Shown: positions 1 to 8,717 of the stretch, piece by piece
How positions within the stretch are numbered: position 1 is the stretch's first letter
Layout: each line of letters opens with the position of its first letter
From: an uncultured Microbacteriaceae bacterium
Lineage (GTDB): Bacteria > Actinomycetota > Actinomycetes > Actinomycetales > Microbacteriaceae
Direction of reading: 5' to 3'
NCBI GenBank assembly: GCA_964651425.1
Contig: CAZYYL010000002.1
Coordinates: 1 to 28,623 of the forward strand
Length of the DNA stretch: 28,623 nt
Notes under the pieces: model-generated
Told to the model about the DNA's origin: nothing
The model's database searches: none
What the model saw: only the letters and a program-made list of their open reading frames with translations
Position numbers and translations under genes: made by a program

Positions 1-81
1 GATCTTTTCCAGCTTCTCGTTCACATAGTTGGTGAAACGGGCGGTCACCTGGATGTGGCGGGCGACAATGTTCAGCTTCAT
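1..81 (-). CDS. hpf: Ribosome hibernation promoting factor (HPF/RaiA), N-terminal 27 aa, runs off the window edge
   Basis: Not in the ORF track. Reverse strand reads MKLNIVARHIQVTARFTNYVNEKLEKI, a typical HPF N-terminus. SD GGGAGG at 90-95. Position downstream of comF matches the actinobacterial mtrAB-lpqB-comF-hpf-secA order. Confidence 0.85.
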   Translation of the reverse strand, partial: MKLNIVARHIQVTARFTNYVNEKLEKI

Positions 82-89
82 GGCGTGGA

Positions 90-142
90 CCTCCCTGACT
101 GTGGCGTGCCGCCTCGTTCAGTTCGGCGGATTCTTTCACGCC
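90..142 (-). promoter_or_regulatory. hpf 5' leader: hairpin plus SD
   Basis: On the minus strand GGCGTG (142-137) pairs with CACGCC (108-103) and CCGCC (129-125) pairs with GGCGG (113-109). SD GGGAGG at 95-90. Confidence 0.45.
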
Positions 143-180
143 TCCTTTGCTACGAAACATAGTCCTCGCACCTCGACGTG

Positions 181-987
181 TCACGCATTTCGGGCAAACA
201 CGCCGTGGGGATTTTGGGTTGTGTTTTTCGCGTTGGGAAACCGGCCGGGGTCTGGCGGAAATCGGCGCGGCGTGTGGGCAATGACAGCGACGGCAATCAC
301 GCGACCCCCGGCGGCGCGCAGCGCGCGAGCCATCTCGCGAAGCGTCGCGCCTGTCGTCATCAGGTCGTCGACCAAGATGACGGATGTGCCGCGCAAGGAT
401 CGTCGCGCACTCATGCTCCCCCGCAGATTGTCGTCGCGTTCACTCACGCCCAGACCTGCTTGGTCGGCCCGTCGTCGTGCCGTGACTAATTCGCGCGAGA
501 GAGGAATCCTCGCGCGGCGCGCGACCATCTCGACGGGAAAGTACCCCCGCTCAAGAAAGTTGTCGCGGGACGAGGGCGGCGCGACGAAGAGCACGTCGGG
601 CGCGGATCTCGCGAGGCCTGGCCTGGTGAGGTCCGGCCTCGCCGGACGGGGACGAGCGGGCACTTGCGCGAGCGCCGCCTCGACACTTGCCCGCAACCGC
701 GGCGCGAGGTCGCGCGCGAAGCCCGTGCGCCCGAGCTCTTTGAACGCGTGCAATACCGACACGAGTGGCTCGCCATACGGGCCACTTGAGAAGATGGGTG
801 GCAGATTAACCGCGTCGCGTTGCTCGACGTTCGGTTCGAGTTTCGCGAGGCAGGCGCGGCACACGCGACGGTCGGGCTCGCCGCACGCGACGCACTCGAC
901 GGGGAAAACGATGGCGAGCGCATCCCGAATCACCTCGACAAGAGCAAAGAGCAACGATGTGTGCCGTGCGGGCGAGGGCGAATCCAT
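181..987 (-). CDS. comF: ComF family protein (zinc ribbon + phosphoribosyltransferase domain), about 268 aa
   Basis: CVACG...VCRAC zinc motif and PRPP-binding VILVDDLMTTGATL. Start moved from 1011 to ATG 987, which has CACTCT 6 nt upstream. Confidence 0.88.
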   Translation of the reverse strand: MDSPSPARHTSLLFALVEVIRDALAIVFPVECVACGEPDRRVCRACLAKLEPNVEQRDAVNLPPIFSSGPYGEPLVSVLHAFKELGRTGFARDLAPRLRASVEAALAQVPARPRPARPDLTRPGLARSAPDVLFVAPPSSRDNFLERGYFPVEMVARRARIPLSRELVTARRRADQAGLGVSERDDNLRGSMSARRSLRGTSVILVDDLMTTGATLREMARALRAAGGRVIAVAVIAHTPRRFPPDPGRFPNAKNTTQNPHGVFARNA

Positions 988-993
988 CGCAAC

Positions 994-999
994 AGAGTG
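994..999 (-). promoter_or_regulatory. Putative -10 (CACTCT), leaderless comF
   Basis: CANNNT hexamer 6 nt upstream of ATG 987; no SD visible. Confidence 0.4.
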
Positions 1000-1053
1000 C
1001 CCGCCACGCACCCTCCCGCGGGTCGTGCCGCACAGCTTGAGGAAAACCGGGCG

Positions 1054-2751
1054 CTATTGCACCTGTGCCTGAACGGACACGCCACTTGCCACGATGGGCC
1101 ACGTCCCACTCGCGCGGTAGGCATAGAGGCTTCCGTCACCGGCACGCATGAAGAGTTCACTGACGCTGTTTCCCGCCGACAGCGTGAGACCCGGGACGCC
1201 GGGGTTGACCACGGTCGAAGACCCGCCGACAACGTTGAGCGTGACCTTCGCATTTCCACCCGATTGTGTCGTGAGCACCGCGACCGTCAACGAGTCCGCC
1301 CACACCACGTTCGTTGCCGTGCCGTCGGGAACGGGCATGACGAGCGGAGGCCCCACCGCGACGGGACCGTTCTGGCCGTCACGCGCAATGCCCGACACGT
1401 AGAGGTTCGTGCCGAAACCGGATTCGATGACCGCGGCCACTCGTGTTCCGTCGCGTGAAAGTGAAATCGCCACGACTCGACCTCCGGCGGGCCACGGTGT
1501 GGCCACGAGTCGCTTTACCCCGCTAATCGTGCTCGCATACAGATTGTTGTCTTGCGCGCGCGGGACCGACCAGATGTAGCCGAAGTGGTCGAAGACGCCC
1601 GGCGCGAGGTCACTTCGACTGTCGACGAGGGCCGTCGAGCCTGACGAGCGAATCAGAACGAGACCGTCGGTGGTGTTCAACGTTGCTGCGTGGTGACGAT
1701 CCGAATACGACGCCGCCCAACTCTGATACGTCGACGCTGCCGCGGACACGCGAGCGATGTCTTGAACAGCACCGGTCGGCTGGATGTACCCGAACACGCC
1801 ATTCGCAATGACGAGCGGTCGCGCATCGACCTGGGGATAGCTCGCGGTCGCGTCTTCGGATTGCGCCGAGATGTCCTGGGGCACACCCTCGATTGACAGT
1901 TGCACCGTGAAGATGGAGCTGAGCGACCCGAGGCTCGCGGCCGCTTGGCGGAGCATCCGGCGCTTTGCTTCGGCAGTGGTGTCGAGGGCCGTCGCCGTCA
2001 CGTCGACGCTCGCCGAGGTGCCAGTGATGGGAACGGTGTCGGCAACGAGTTTGGTGCCCGGCGGGAAGGCCGTGACCACCGCGCCCGACTGAGCGAGCCA
2101 CGGAGACGGACCCGTGAGAAGGGCTTTCATGATTCGAGTTGGCGTCGAGGCCCGCGACGGAAAGTAGCGGAGGTCGGGCACGAGCAGCGAGAACGACGGA
2201 TCAAAGAAGTAGAGCGCGTGCGGCGCGAATACCTGGTCAAACGTGTACCGCTCGAGCAACACGCCCGGCGGTGCCGACGCGATTCGCCACTCGCCGTTTT
2301 CCATCACGAAGCTGTAATCGAGCGACGCGGGCAGGGTTGAGTCAAACTCCGAATAATTTCCGGAACTGTCGACCGTGGCCTGAACCGTCGCGTGGATGCT
2401 CATCGTCGTTTCGCCCGTCGGAATGAACTCACGCGAGCCGAGGTCAATCGTGACATTCGCGTTGGGCACCCAGTCGGCGGTGAACGTCGTAGCGAGGAAT
2501 TCGCGCGCAACCGCGAAGTCGTTTTGAGGGCTCGACGCGGCATCGATGAATCCGCGAAGGATGCCCTCTTGCGAATCTCCCGCGACGGGCGAGGCCGGCA
2601 GAAACTCAATGTCGGCAGCGGGTGGTTCAACCGTGACATCACTTCGTTGAACGTCACCACTGGTTGGGATGCCCGAACACGCGCTCACGAGCAATGCCAG
2701 TGCGACGGCGCTGGCGCCGAGTATCCACGACCTCACGTGCGCGAGCTTCAC
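1054..2751 (-). CDS. lpqB: LpqB lipoprotein (GerMN + beta-propeller), 565 aa
   Basis: Lipobox LVSA-C followed by SGIPTSG. Motifs LYFFDP, LVPDLRYF and LLTGPSPWL. GTGA overlap with the mtrB stop. Confidence 0.92.
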   Translation of the reverse strand: MKLAHVRSWILGASAVALALLVSACSGIPTSGDVQRSDVTVEPPAADIEFLPASPVAGDSQEGILRGFIDAASSPQNDFAVAREFLATTFTADWVPNANVTIDLGSREFIPTGETTMSIHATVQATVDSSGNYSEFDSTLPASLDYSFVMENGEWRIASAPPGVLLERYTFDQVFAPHALYFFDPSFSLLVPDLRYFPSRASTPTRIMKALLTGPSPWLAQSGAVVTAFPPGTKLVADTVPITGTSASVDVTATALDTTAEAKRRMLRQAAASLGSLSSIFTVQLSIEGVPQDISAQSEDATASYPQVDARPLVIANGVFGYIQPTGAVQDIARVSAAASTYQSWAASYSDRHHAATLNTTDGLVLIRSSGSTALVDSRSDLAPGVFDHFGYIWSVPRAQDNNLYASTISGVKRLVATPWPAGGRVVAISLSRDGTRVAAVIESGFGTNLYVSGIARDGQNGPVAVGPPLVMPVPDGTATNVVWADSLTVAVLTTQSGGNAKVTLNVVGGSSTVVNPGVPGLTLSAGNSVSELFMRAGDGSLYAYRASGTWPIVASGVSVQAQVQ

Positions 2752-4340
2752 TTTTCGAACCCTTCACTCGGGTCGATGGGCAACTCGGCGATGGCGGAAC
2801 CGGCGACACGAGGGAGCGTCAAGACGAAGTTGGCGCCCGCATCGGGAGCCGCCCAGACGTCGATGCGTCCGCCATGAACGCGAGCATCTTCGAGAGAAAT
2901 CGCGAGGCCGAGTCCGGTGCCGCCGATGGTGCGCTTGCGTGCCGCATCCGCTCGCCAAAATCGACCGAAGACTTGCGAGGTTTGCTCGGGCGTCATGCCG
3001 ACACCGTGGTCACGCACCGAAACCGCGACGGCCGACTCGGAACTATCGACCGTGATGTCAATCGGTTTACCCGCGCCGTGTTCGATGGCATTTCCGAGGA
3101 GGTTGACCAGAACGCGGCGAACGCGACGCGGATCGATATCGATGTCGAAGTGGCCGCCGGGTGACACAACCGAAATCTCACAACCGTGTTCCTGCGCGAG
3201 CGTCATGAAGGTTCCGACGACGTCGGAGGCGAGCGACGCAATGTTCACCGACTCCGTTTGAAGTTCGATGGTCTGCGCGTCGTAACGACTTATCTCGAGA
3301 AGGTCCGCGAGCAGACTCTCGAATCGATCCAGTTGCGCGTGGAGAAGTTCCGTCGACCGACGGTTGTCTCGGGTGAATTCCTCACGATGCAAATAAAGGT
3401 GGTCACTCGCGAGACGAATAGTCGTCAGTGGCGTGCGCAATTCGTGCGACACGTCGGCGACGAACCGCTGCTGAATCGACGAGAGTTCGGCCAGTTCGGT
3501 GAGCTGCCGCTGCATCGAACTGGCCATCTGGTTGAAGCTTCGAGACAGGGTCGACATCACGTCTTCGCCCTGTTCCGGGATGCGCACATCCAGGTCGCCC
3601 TGCGACAACTTCTCACTCGTCTCAGCGGCGACGCGAATGGGTTTCACGAGAAGGCGAGAGACGAAGAACGCCACGCCTCCGGAGAGCAGCAAGAGGATGA
3701 GTCCGGAAACCCACAACACCGACTGCACGAAAGCGAGTGTCGACTCGGCTTGCGAAAAGTCGTAGCCGATGTACAACTCGTAATTGCCGCCGCCCGGGAG
3801 CGAAAGTTGTGATCCCACGACGACTCCGGGAACGCGACCCGAGCTGGTCGTGAGCGCAACCGATTGCCAATATTGGCCGGTCGGGTCACCCTCGACCTGA
3901 GTACGAAGTTCGGCGTCAATGACATCACCCGTGAGTTCGGGACTCGAAAAGTCCTGCGGCGAAATCGGACTCATCAGCTGACCAGGAACTCGAAACAGCG
4001 CCGTATAGGGAGACGACGTGGCGTCACGGATGGCCGTGCGTGCCGCATTCATTACCGACTGAGCACCGATACGGTCGGTCGCTTCGGATGTGTCGAGCAC
4101 GCGCTGGGCGGCGGCTTGCGCGCGCTGCGATTCATTGAGCACCTGGGCTAGGCGCGAACTGAAGAGGTCGTTGCTAATCGAGACCGACATATAAATTCCG
4201 ACCACGACGATGGCGACCGTCGTGAGTCCCGTCGAGATGACGATGGTTCGGAATTGCAGTGACCGTCGCCAGAAACGAGTGAGCGCCGACCCCACATGGG
4301 ACGGACGCAGCGTGATGACGCGTTGCCAGAGTTCGTTCAT
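2748..4340 (-). CDS. mtrB: Sensor histidine kinase MtrB, 530 aa
   Basis: Two TM helices and HAMP. H-box DVSHELRTPL, N-box NLLGNAIEHG, G1 DHGVGM, G2 GGTGLGLAI. Lies between mtrA and lpqB. Confidence 0.93.
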   Translation of the reverse strand: MNELWQRVITLRPSHVGSALTRFWRRSLQFRTIVISTGLTTVAIVVVGIYMSVSISNDLFSSRLAQVLNESQRAQAAAQRVLDTSEATDRIGAQSVMNAARTAIRDATSSPYTALFRVPGQLMSPISPQDFSSPELTGDVIDAELRTQVEGDPTGQYWQSVALTTSSGRVPGVVVGSQLSLPGGGNYELYIGYDFSQAESTLAFVQSVLWVSGLILLLLSGGVAFFVSRLLVKPIRVAAETSEKLSQGDLDVRIPEQGEDVMSTLSRSFNQMASSMQRQLTELAELSSIQQRFVADVSHELRTPLTTIRLASDHLYLHREEFTRDNRRSTELLHAQLDRFESLLADLLEISRYDAQTIELQTESVNIASLASDVVGTFMTLAQEHGCEISVVSPGGHFDIDIDPRRVRRVLVNLLGNAIEHGAGKPIDITVDSSESAVAVSVRDHGVGMTPEQTSQVFGRFWRADAARKRTIGGTGLGLAISLEDARVHGGRIDVWAAPDAGANFVLTLPRVAGSAIAELPIDPSEGFEK

Positions 4341-4349
4341 CCGCTGGGC

Positions 4350-5030
4350 TTAGATCACAGCGCCCGCACGGTAACCGACGCCGCGAACGGTCATCACCAC
4401 GCGGGGGTTGTCGGGGTCTTCTTCGATCTTTCCGCGCAGCCGCTGCACGTGAACATTCACGAGTCGAGTGTCGGCTTTGTACTGATAGCCCCACACCTGC
4501 TCGAGGAGCATTTCGCGCGTGAAGACGAGCGACGGCTGCGACGCCAACGCGACGAGCAAGTCGAACTCGAGTGGCGTGAGCGCAAGCTGTTCGCCGGCGC
4601 GACGAACTTCGTGTCCGTGAACATCGATGGTCAAATCGCCGATGGATAACACAGTCGCTTCGTCGACAGGCTTCGGACGAAGGCGGGCACGAATTCGGGC
4701 GGTGAGTTCTTCGGCCTTGTACGGCTTCACGATATAGTCGTCGGCGCCCGCTTCAAGCGCGAGCACGAGGCTGTCCGTTTCGCCATTCGCCGTGAGCATG
4801 ATGATCGGCGTGCCCGACTCGGCGCGAATTTCTCGACAGATTTCGATGCCGTCTTTTGCGGGCAACTGAATGTCGAGCAGAACGAGGTCGGGTTTCGTTT
4901 CGCGGAAGATGCCCAGCGCATCCGCCCCGCTACTGCACAGAATGGGCTCGAACCCACGGTCAGTCAGGGCAATCGCAACCATTTCGAGGATGATTTCTTC
5001 ATCGTCGACCACCAAGATGCGGTGTGTCAT
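4350..5030 (-). CDS. mtrA: OmpR-family response regulator MtrA, 226 aa
   Basis: Receiver motifs VVDD, LLD, MLTA, KP. MtrA-type DNA-binding domain ADTRLVNVHVQRLR. Start set at ATG 5030 (MTHRILVVDD) with AGAGG upstream; the track start 5108 lies inside ahcY. Confidence 0.93.
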   Translation of the reverse strand: MTHRILVVDDEEIILEMVAIALTDRGFEPILCSSGADALGIFRETKPDLVLLDIQLPAKDGIEICREIRAESGTPIIMLTANGETDSLVLALEAGADDYIVKPYKAEELTARIRARLRPKPVDEATVLSIGDLTIDVHGHEVRRAGEQLALTPLEFDLLVALASQPSLVFTREMLLEQVWGYQYKADTRLVNVHVQRLRGKIEEDPDNPRVVMTVRGVGYRAGAVI

Positions 5031-5073
5031 GGTCGCCTCTATCCCTCGAGATGCGGATTCGTCGTGACTAACC

Positions 5074-6546
5074 CTAGTAACGGTAGTGGTCGACTTTGTA
5101 GGGGCCATCCACTGCGACGCCGATGTAGGCAGCCTGCTCGGGCGACAGGGTCGTCAGTTGAACGCCGAGCGCGTCAAGGTGAAGGCGGGCGACTTTCTCA
5201 TCGAGCTCCTTCGGCAGCACATGGACGCCAATGGGGTAGTTCTCGTTGCGAACGTGAAGCTCGATCTGAGCGAGTACCTGGTTGGTGAACGATGCGCTCA
5301 TGACGAACGACGGGTGCCCGGTCGCGTTACCGAGGTTCATCAAGCGACCCTCGCTCAACACGAGAATGCTTCGACCCGACGGCAAACGCCATTCGTGCAC
5401 CTGCGGCTTGATCTCCACCTTGGTCGCACCGGCGAGCGATTCGAGCGAGGCCATGTCAATCTCGTTGTCGAAGTGACCGACATTGGACACGACAGCCATG
5501 TGCTTCATACCCTGCATGTGCGCCACGGTGATGATGTTTTTGTTGCCGGTTGCCGTCACAAAGATGTCGACATCACCAAGCACGTCGTCGATTCGCGCAA
5601 CCTGGTAGCCGTCCATCGCTGCTTGAAGCGCGCAGATGGGGTCGACCTCTGTCACGATGACACGTGCACCTTGGCCCCGAAGTGCCTCTGCGCATCCCTT
5701 GCCGACATCGCCGTAACCGCAGACGAGAGCGACCTTTCCGCCCATGAGCACGTCAGTCGCACGGTTGAGTCCGTCGGGGAGCGAGTGGCGAATGCCGTAC
5801 TTGTTATCGAACTTGCTCTTCGTCACGGCGTCGTTCACGTTGATCGCCGGGAAGAGGAGTTCGCCGGCTTTGGCCAGTTCGTAGAGGCGGTGCACTCCCG
5901 TCGTCGTTTCTTCAGAGACGCCACGGATTTCGCCGGCAATCGTCGTCCAGCGATTCGGGTTCGCAGCGATCGTCGAACGAAGCAAATCGAGGATGACCGC
6001 GTACTCTGCGGAGTCATCCGCTGCCGTTGCGGGCACAGCCCCGGCGAGCTCGAATTCGCGCCCCTTGTGCACCAAGAGCGTTGCGTCACCGCCGTCATCG
6101 AGAATCAGGTTCGGGCCCGTGTACTCGGCACCGTCGGCCGCAGCCTCGGCACTCCAATCGAAAATACGCTCGGTGCACCACCAGTACTCCTCGAGCGTTT
6201 CGCCCTTCCACGCGAACACGGGCACGCCCGCGGGTGCGTCGGCGGTGCCGTTGGGGCCGATCACGATGGCTGCGGCTGCTTCATCCTGGGTCGAGAAGAT
6301 GTTGCAGGATGCCCAGCGCACGCGAGCCCCGAGCGCGACAAGCGTCTCAATCAGAACTGCCGTCTGAACAGTCATGTGTAGCGACCCTGCAATTCGCGCG
6401 CCAGCCAGGGGCTGCGATGCGGCGAACTCAGCACGCAGGGCCATGAGCCCGGGCATTTCGTTTTCAGCGAGGCGCAACTGGTGGCGACCGGCTTCACCCA
6501 GTGCGAGATTCGCGACGCGATAGTCATGAGCGAGCAGTGTGGTCAC
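5074..6546 (-). CDS. ahcY: Adenosylhomocysteinase, 490 aa
   Basis: Motifs [56 protein letters not shown] at 6555-6559. Confidence 0.97.
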   Translation of the reverse strand: MTTLLAHDYRVANLALGEAGRHQLRLAENEMPGLMALRAEFAASQPLAGARIAGSLHMTVQTAVLIETLVALGARVRWASCNIFSTQDEAAAAIVIGPNGTADAPAGVPVFAWKGETLEEYWWCTERIFDWSAEAAADGAEYTGPNLILDDGGDATLLVHKGREFELAGAVPATAADDSAEYAVILDLLRSTIAANPNRWTTIAGEIRGVSEETTTGVHRLYELAKAGELLFPAINVNDAVTKSKFDNKYGIRHSLPDGLNRATDVLMGGKVALVCGYGDVGKGCAEALRGQGARVIVTEVDPICALQAAMDGYQVARIDDVLGDVDIFVTATGNKNIITVAHMQGMKHMAVVSNVGHFDNEIDMASLESLAGATKVEIKPQVHEWRLPSGRSILVLSEGRLMNLGNATGHPSFVMSASFTNQVLAQIELHVRNENYPIGVHVLPKELDEKVARLHLDALGVQLTTLSPEQAAYIGVAVDGPYKVDHYRY

Positions 6547-6585
6547 TTTGTGTTCCTCCGTATGGGCGCGTGGTTGGGAACGTGC

Positions 6586-8010
6586 TTAGGCGCGAATGAG
6601 TGCGAGAACTTCGTCTCGAATGCGTTCCATGGTCGGCGCATCCGCTGCCTCAACGTTCAAGCGCAACAGTGGCTCTGTGTTCGACGGACGAACACTGAAC
6701 CACCAGAAAGGTTCACCCTCGGCGATGTTGCCCGTGATCGTGAGTCCGTCGAGCGCGTCTTCGGTGCCACGATCGGCGAACGCCTGACGAACGCGATCGG
6801 TTGATGCGGCAACGTTGTCGACGGTTGAGTTGATTTCGCCACTGAGAACATATGGCGAGTACTCGCGTGCAAATTCCGAAAGCGGATGCGCCTGGTGACC
6901 GAATTCGGCCAGCACGTGCATTGACGCGAGCATGCCGTTGTCGGCACCCCAGAATTCGCGGAAGTAATAGTGCGCGGAGTGCTCGCCCCCAAAGACCGCC
7001 TGAGTACGGGCCATTTCGTCTTTGATGAGCGAGTGCCCGACGCGCGTGCGAACGGGAGTCGCACCGGCAGCCTCAATCGCCTCGGGGACGTACCGCGAGG
7101 TAATGAGGTTGTGAATGATGTTGATCTTGGCGTTCGGGTTGGTCGCACGAACGCGAGCGATTTCGCGTAGCGCAACGATGGCGGCGACGGCCGATGGGGT
7201 CACGGGGTCACCCTTTTCGTCGACGACGAAGCAGCGGTCAGCGTCACCATCGAATGCGAGGCCCACATCAGCTCCGTGTTCAACGACCGCCTTTTGCAGG
7301 TCGACGAGGTTTGCCGGTTCGAGCGGGTTGGCTTCATGGTTCGGGAACGTGCCGTCGAGTTCGAAGTACATCGGGATGATCTCAATGGGCAACGCGGCCA
7401 GACCGGCTGCCGTGCCCAACACCGCGGGAACGGTCATTCCGCCCATGCCGTTGCCTGCGTCGACGACAACCTTGAGAGGGCGGATGTCCGAGAGGTCGAC
7501 GAGCGACCGGAGGTAGGCGGCGTACTCGGTGAGAACATCCTGCTCTCGGTATTCGCCGGGAGCAGCGACTGACTCCATGCCATTACGCAAGTAGGCCATC
7601 GCGCGGTCACGAATCGCGGCGAGACCAGTATCGAGGCTGATGCCCTGAGCCCCCGCGCGAGAAAACTTGATGCCGTTGTACTTGGCCGGATTGTGGCTGG
7701 CCGTAAACATGGCGGCGGGCGCGTGCCATTTGCCCGAGGCGAAGTACGTTTCATCAGTCGAGCAGAGGCCAATGTTGACGACGTTCGCGCCGCGGGCGTT
7801 TGCACCGCGAGCGAAGGCCTCGGCGAAAACGGGGGACGAATCGCGCATGTCATGACCGACGATGACGTCAGATCCGGCCGCACCAATCTCGTCGACGAAT
7901 CCGGCCGCCAGCGCTTCGATCATTTCTGCAGTGAGGGTCTCGCCCACAACACCACGAACGTCGTACGCCTTGACGGCGAGGCTCAATTGTTCTGCTGCGT
8001 CAAAACTCAC
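6586..8010 (-). CDS. manB: Phosphomannomutase/phosphoglucomutase, 474 aa
   Basis: KAYDVRG, phosphoserine TASHN, metal-binding FDGDADR, sugar-binding GEHSAH and C-terminal RPSNTEP. Confidence 0.93.
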   Translation of the reverse strand: MSFDAAEQLSLAVKAYDVRGVVGETLTAEMIEALAAGFVDEIGAAGSDVIVGHDMRDSSPVFAEAFARGANARGANVVNIGLCSTDETYFASGKWHAPAAMFTASHNPAKYNGIKFSRAGAQGISLDTGLAAIRDRAMAYLRNGMESVAAPGEYREQDVLTEYAAYLRSLVDLSDIRPLKVVVDAGNGMGGMTVPAVLGTAAGLAALPIEIIPMYFELDGTFPNHEANPLEPANLVDLQKAVVEHGADVGLAFDGDADRCFVVDEKGDPVTPSAVAAIVALREIARVRATNPNAKINIIHNLITSRYVPEAIEAAGATPVRTRVGHSLIKDEMARTQAVFGGEHSAHYYFREFWGADNGMLASMHVLAEFGHQAHPLSEFAREYSPYVLSGEINSTVDNVAASTDRVRQAFADRGTEDALDGLTITGNIAEGEPFWWFSVRPSNTEPLLRLNVEAADAPTMERIRDEVLALIRA

Positions 8011-8209
8011 CTGTCGATTCTACCTTTCGCACGAGCGACCACCCGTCGGGCACCGTGAACCGGTCGGCATGCTCGAGGCACAAATCAGTGCCGGTGGGTG
8101 TTGTCCACGGCGACAACGGACCGATTGCGGCGACGCATCCGTCGTAGTCATAGGTGAGCGTGAACTGTGCGTCGCGAGAACACGTGGGTTTACTGCAGGT
8201 GCGAGTCAT
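8000..8209 (-). CDS. DUF3499-type small Cys/His protein, 69 aa
   Basis: RTCSKPTC...TLTYDY...IGPL...DLCLEHADRFTVPDGW matches the DUF3499 pattern as I recall it. Conserved position between the zincin-like gene and manB. Confidence 0.8.
   Translation of the reverse strand: MTRTCSKPTCSRDAQFTLTYDYDGCVAAIGPLSPWTTPTGTDLCLEHADRFTVPDGWSLVRKVESTGEF
8017..8022 (-). promoter_or_regulatory. Putative -10 (TAGAAT), leaderless manB, embedded in the DUF3499 CDS
   Basis: TAGAAT, 6 nt, then GTG 8010; no SD. Confidence 0.6.
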
Positions 8210-8240
8210 CGTCGAGCCAGACTAAAGGCAAGTCCACGCC

Positions 8241-8246
8241 TAACAT
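8241..8246 (+). promoter_or_regulatory. Putative -10 (TAACAT), leaderless zincin-like gene
   Basis: TAACAT, 7 nt, then GTG 8254. Confidence 0.5.
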
Positions 8247-8253
8247 GGGATGC

Positions 8254-8697
8254 GTGACTCCTCCCCGTTTCGCTGCCAGTAACGAAGTTCCCGTGCGCGG
8301 GCTCTGGCGTGACCGCCACGGTCGAGGAATGCGCGTTGCCGTGACGGGGCCGCATCTGCCGGATGCCCGCGGCCGACTCGAAACGTTCTATGTGACGGTC
8401 GCACACACGGCCCAGTACTTGCGTTCGTTGTGGCCCGAAGAACTCGAGGGTGTGCACTTCGACGTGGCGAACGGCCCCGTGAAAGAAGTCGACGGCACGG
8501 TCGTCCCGCGATGGAAAGTGGATGCGGCGCGCCGGCGAATTGTGTTGTATCGCTTGCCCATCCAACGCCTCAGTCGCCTGCACAAGGACGACGAGCTGCA
8601 TCGCCAAATGGCAATCGAAGGTTGTGTGTTCTCCGCCGTTGCCGAGCTAATCGGCAAGGAGCCGTGGGAACTCGGCTCGCAGCGTTTCCGCCACTAG
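8254..8697 (+). CDS. Zincin-like 'metallopeptidase family' protein (Rv3259-like) without HExxH, about 147 aa
   Basis: RDRHGRGMR N-terminal motif, RIVLYRLPI and C-terminal VAELIGKEP. Divergent from DUF3499. Start uncertain (ATG 8245 or GTG 8254). Confidence 0.78.
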   Translation: MTPPRFAASNEVPVRGLWRDRHGRGMRVAVTGPHLPDARGRLETFYVTVAHTAQYLRSLWPEELEGVHFDVANGPVKEVDGTVVPRWKVDAARRRIVLYRLPIQRLSRLHKDDELHRQMAIEGCVFSAVAELIGKEPWELGSQRFRH

Positions 8698-8717
8698 CGT
8701 TTGGCACCCCGACGGGA

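Noticed and set aside
82-180. raiA-motif ncRNA between comF and hpf/raiA
   Set aside because: The gap is only 99 nt, about half the size of that motif, and I see none of its multi-stem core.
1002-1027. Hairpin after lpqB as a terminator, or a PafBC-type motif before comF
   Set aside because: The 8-bp bulged stem has no U-tract, and the TGTCGG-N10-TANNNT motif is not matched.
5086-6381. Long antisense ORFs (29-1072, 5086-6381, 16416-17444, 23364-24770, 25491-26258 and similar)
   Set aside because: Shadow ORFs opposite well-supported genes, with no recognisable motifs and Arg/Ala-rich or antisense-typical composition.
6547-6585. SAH riboswitch upstream of ahcY
   Set aside because: The 39-nt gap holds only an SD and no stem; ahcY looks co-transcribed with manB.
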